Origin: Macrostomum lignano
Taxonomy: Eukaryota
DNA: 64,000 nt
Direction: 5' to 3'
Assembly (NCBI GenBank): GCA_002269645.1
Contig: NIVC01001312.1
Location: 54,301-118,300 of the forward strand
The notes beneath the pieces are model-generated. The model saw nothing but the letters and a program-made list of their open reading frames with translations, made no database searches and had not been told where the DNA came from. A program made the position numbers and the translations under genes. Numbering within the stretch: position 1 is the stretch's first letter; each line of letters starts with the position of its first letter. This document shows positions 60,613-64,000 of the stretch, one piece after another.

Positions 60613-62791
60613 ATGTTTGAGCTAATGCAGCAGCAGCAGGGGGCGCCAGTCTTGCAGAATCACATTGACGAAGATGACGATAATTTTGGTGGCTGGCCGT
60701 TTCATCCGCAGATGAGGATGCACAGCCTTCAGCGCGAGTACCGAGGGCAGAGTTTCCCACGCCGGTTGCCGCCGGGCCAGCAGTGCTGGGAATGGGAACC
60801 TATGAGCCAGGGACAAGCGAATCCCCTGACTGGTCTGGGAGCTTCAATGCCGAACGAACTAGCCGCGGCCACGGCTTCGACCATTAGACTGGAGAGACGA
60901 CGTCAGGACGACGCATGCGTTCGACAAAATCGCCGACGGCGGCCGGAGAGAAGCAGCAACGGCACTGCGCGTCGTCGCAAAGGCTGTTGCTGTCCACTGC
61001 TATTGATGAGCCTCTGCCTCTGCGCCGTGTCCCTTACTTTGCTGACCGTTGGCGGAGTCTTTCTGGGACTTCACCTTCGCAGCCAAGCGCACTCTGCGTT
61101 CTTAGCCGCTGGGCCAACCGAATCTGACGCAACGGCTACTCCAGCTCTCGTTGAAGCGGCAGGATCGTCTTCGCGGGTGCCACCAACAATGCCTGCGACA
61201 GCCGTTTCAACAACGGCGCCTTCGCCAACGCTGGATCCAGTCGAAACGGAACTCTCAGAAATTCTACGTCAGTTGGATCGTCGGCTTATCGGACTAGTGA
61301 ACAATCACACGCACCCGTGCGAAGATTTCTACAGCTACGCATGCGGACACTTTGATCGCTATGCAAGTGAGACGCTCCACTGGCCGATGGCACTGACAAG
61401 CCGGCAGCAACAATACAATCGTCCCACGAACATCATCGAGCTAACGTCAGCCTTGATAGCCCAGACTGTGCGTCGTCGATTAAACGGTGATTTTGACGGT
61501 CTAGGAGCCGTTCAAGCTGAACAGCTTCTGTCAACGGAGGGCCAACAGCTGACTGGCGCATTTCGCCGCTGCCAAATTCGACTGGAGGTTGGCGTCGAGA
61601 ACAGTGACGACCTGTGCGTCGCGTCGTTGCAAGTGGCCGCGCCAGAGTCGGTGAAGTCGTTGCTTCGGTATCGCAGTTTCAACGCCACTGGTGTTCATGC
61701 TGTCCTAGTGAAATTGTTCAACTCGTAAGTTTGGCTTGAGGAACTGGGCGCAGAATAGTACAAAGTACACATTTTATACGAGCTTAGAATAGTTCAAGGG
61801 CATAGCACAGATGTACGCATGTGCACATTCAGTCACATACGTAGATGAATTTGAGTCCGAATGGAACAACGATGTCTTTCTATGAAAAAGGCTTCTTTTT
61901 AGTTCGTAATTTTTTTCCAAGCTGACTGCAATTACAAGCTGACTTTACAATTTCACTCACCAACCCTACGGCTTCACAGGGCACGCAACGAGCTGACGAG
62001 ACGAGTGCAAGACGCGCAGAAAATCAGCCTCACACGCGTCAGTCGATGGCTAACCGCCTTGACCGTATTCACCCCATGATTGACTCATCAGGCAATGCCG
62101 ATCTGAGCGTGCTGCGACACGAATTTCAAAGCAGCAGGCATTTAAACAGGCGCCTAGAACAGCTGTACCTGCAGATGTCTGACCAAGCCGACAAGCCATG
62201 CCAGCCAGAGCCGTGCAAGGAACTCCGCGAGTCTTTCTCAGCCTGCGTTTGCCTCACGAACAGCAGCGACCTCTGGCTGCCGTTCAGTTCAATCAATCCA
62301 CCGCTGTTTCACCTTGCCTACCCAGAGGAGCTGATGTACTCCTACTTGGGCGCCTCCGTAGCGGAAGTTCTGTACTGGAGCATCTCCCCGAAGCACCGTA
62401 AGGACTTATTTTCGTCAGCAAGTGAGCACCTGCTCACAAAGTCATTCGAGTGCTTTGCAAAACAGCTGCCTGGTGACAAGCCAAACACGAAACTAATTGA
62501 AACGCTCGTTGCTAAGCACGTGTCGCTGTCCGTGTCTCTGGTACTATTCGACGAAGTCTTGGAGTCGACAGTTTTTTAAGTGGCGGTCCCGAGGTTGACA
62601 AACGACTGCGTCTGTTCTTCCTGAACTGGGCCCAGACGCAGTGCTCGACTGACGCAAGTCAATCAGCGGACAGCCGTCTGCTGCTCAACGCGGCGCTCCA
62701 GCGCCAGACGGAATTTGCCAGGGTGTTCCAGTGTCCGCAAGGCTCCAGGCATCACTGGACGGCAGCTCCGGTGCCGTGCCACTATCCCTAG
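60613..62791 (+). CDS. Neprilysin/ECE (peptidase M13)-like type II membrane protein, predicted non-catalytic, with reading-frame breaks
   Basis: Exon 60613-61724: cytosolic N-terminus, TM helix about 60994-61077, Ser/Thr/Pro stalk, PCEDFYSYACG at 61315-61347, donor TC|GTAAGT. Exon from about 61980: LWLPFSSINPPLF...LMYSYLGASVAEVLY. After a -1 shift at 62571-62579 the frame reads LFFLNWAQTQC...TEFARVFQCPQGS...C, with TAG at 62789-62791. Confidence 0.78.
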
Positions 62792-64000
62792 CCTTTTTAA
62801 CCTCTGGATTTGTTTGGAATTTATATTTTTCACAAGCTGAAGAAATCGAGGCCCTTTAGTCTTGAAAACTTTCCTCTCCGTGCCCAGTAATAACGACCGT
62901 ATCTTTTGTAAGATTTGTTCTTTTTCTCATATACCATCTAGTCCGATTGCAAATGCAGTATGAATGCGTTTGTACCGTAACAAAAATGGGTTATTGCGCT
63001 TCCTGGTAGGTCACCCGATTTCCACTCGCACAATAATAATTTATGCATGCGCTCATCCAGCTCTAACATTGACGGACATTCAGTTACGCATCGCAAAGTC
63101 ATCATTCATCAGAGTGTGTCAACTTTTTATCGTTATATATTTTTGAAATAAATTCGGCCTCGAAAACATTGGGAGTCCGAAAATTCAATTTTCTCGCAGA
63201 ACTGAACTTTTGCGATCTTCACGATCATTAAGATCATTTAAGCCTATCTATCCCTTTAGGCTGAAAAATGCAGTTTTTTGGCGTTAACTGACAAAGTGGT
63301 TAAAAGTGGTTAAAATTTTATTGTGGTGCCATTAGCCGAAACCTGTTATTACCCATCGACAACAATGGGCCATTTCTAGCATTTACCGCAATTTTCACTT
63401 TGGGCTGAATTGTCATTCACTCATAAATCACTCAAATATTTTCAAGCAAAAATTCTAAAGGTGTGCCTTTCAAACACTTTTTGGCAATAAGCTGAATGTT
63501 TTAACAAAGAGCTTTAACACGTTTTTGAAAGTGGCGGCTACTGCAGCTAATGCAAGGTGTGACGCAAAGCAACTGCCGACATGGCTTCTAAAATTCTTCG
63601 ATTTCAGAAAGATATTGTATAGAATATACCAAATGACATTTTCTGGTAAAATTCCAATGATAAAATGCCGCTTTTAATCCTGAAACAGTAGCACATGTAC
63701 TTTAAATGTCAGGGGTTGCTAATCAGTTTGGCTAGCGAATTCGCTGTTGGTTAAGCTGAGTTAACTGAGGTTAGCACGCAAGTTAAGAGGCTTTGCATCA
63801 CCCTTTTTTAGATTAGGTTTGGTTTGGATTAGGATTAGAGTAAGGGTTAGGGTAAGGTTTAGTCAATTGTTATAGAATCCCTGGTTTGCTCAATGACCAA
63901 TGATTCAGTTGGTTTTGTTATTTGAAGCAGCCATCAGCAGCCCTTAGACATGCAGAGAGGTAGAAAATACAATCGCCATAGCAAGCGGTTACCCTTAAAG

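Overview
Repeat-rich animal genomic DNA with GT-AG spliceosomal introns, so not prokaryotic. The style suggests an invertebrate, possibly a flatworm such as Macrostomum, but that is inference only. 1-27.3 kb: a head-to-tail tandem array of divergent ionotropic glutamate receptor-like (iGluR/IR) genes on the + strand. It comprises the last exon of one copy, three full 12-exon copies (3799-8597, 15667-20240, 22082-26004) and a decayed fifth relic. Only the middle full copy is intact; the other two each carry exactly one nonsense codon. The N-terminal-domain exons and their introns are nearly identical between copies, while the ligand-binding exons are strongly diverged. All copies replace the SYTANLAAF gate with (S/A)(Y/F)TGDLTAH and end in a CaaX-like DCxxY tail. 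29.6-31.0 kb (minus): an unannotated two-exon ORF whose second exon carries a Bim-like BH3 motif (WLARKLARFADEF), a candidate new BH3-only protein. Also present: a single-exon secreted PAN/apple + C-type lectin gene (36.0-36.8 kb, minus) and a shrunken, non-catalytic neprilysin (M13)-like gene with reading-frame problems (60.6-62.8 kb). Mobile and repetitive DNA includes Tc1/IS630 deletion derivatives, a Ginger/Gypsy-type integrase remnant, hAT MITEs (one self-nested and generating a 50-bp array), a tRNA-derived SINE, a 6.4-kb 238-bp satellite with higher-order structure, and many mini- and microsatellites. All alignments and counts were done by eye.
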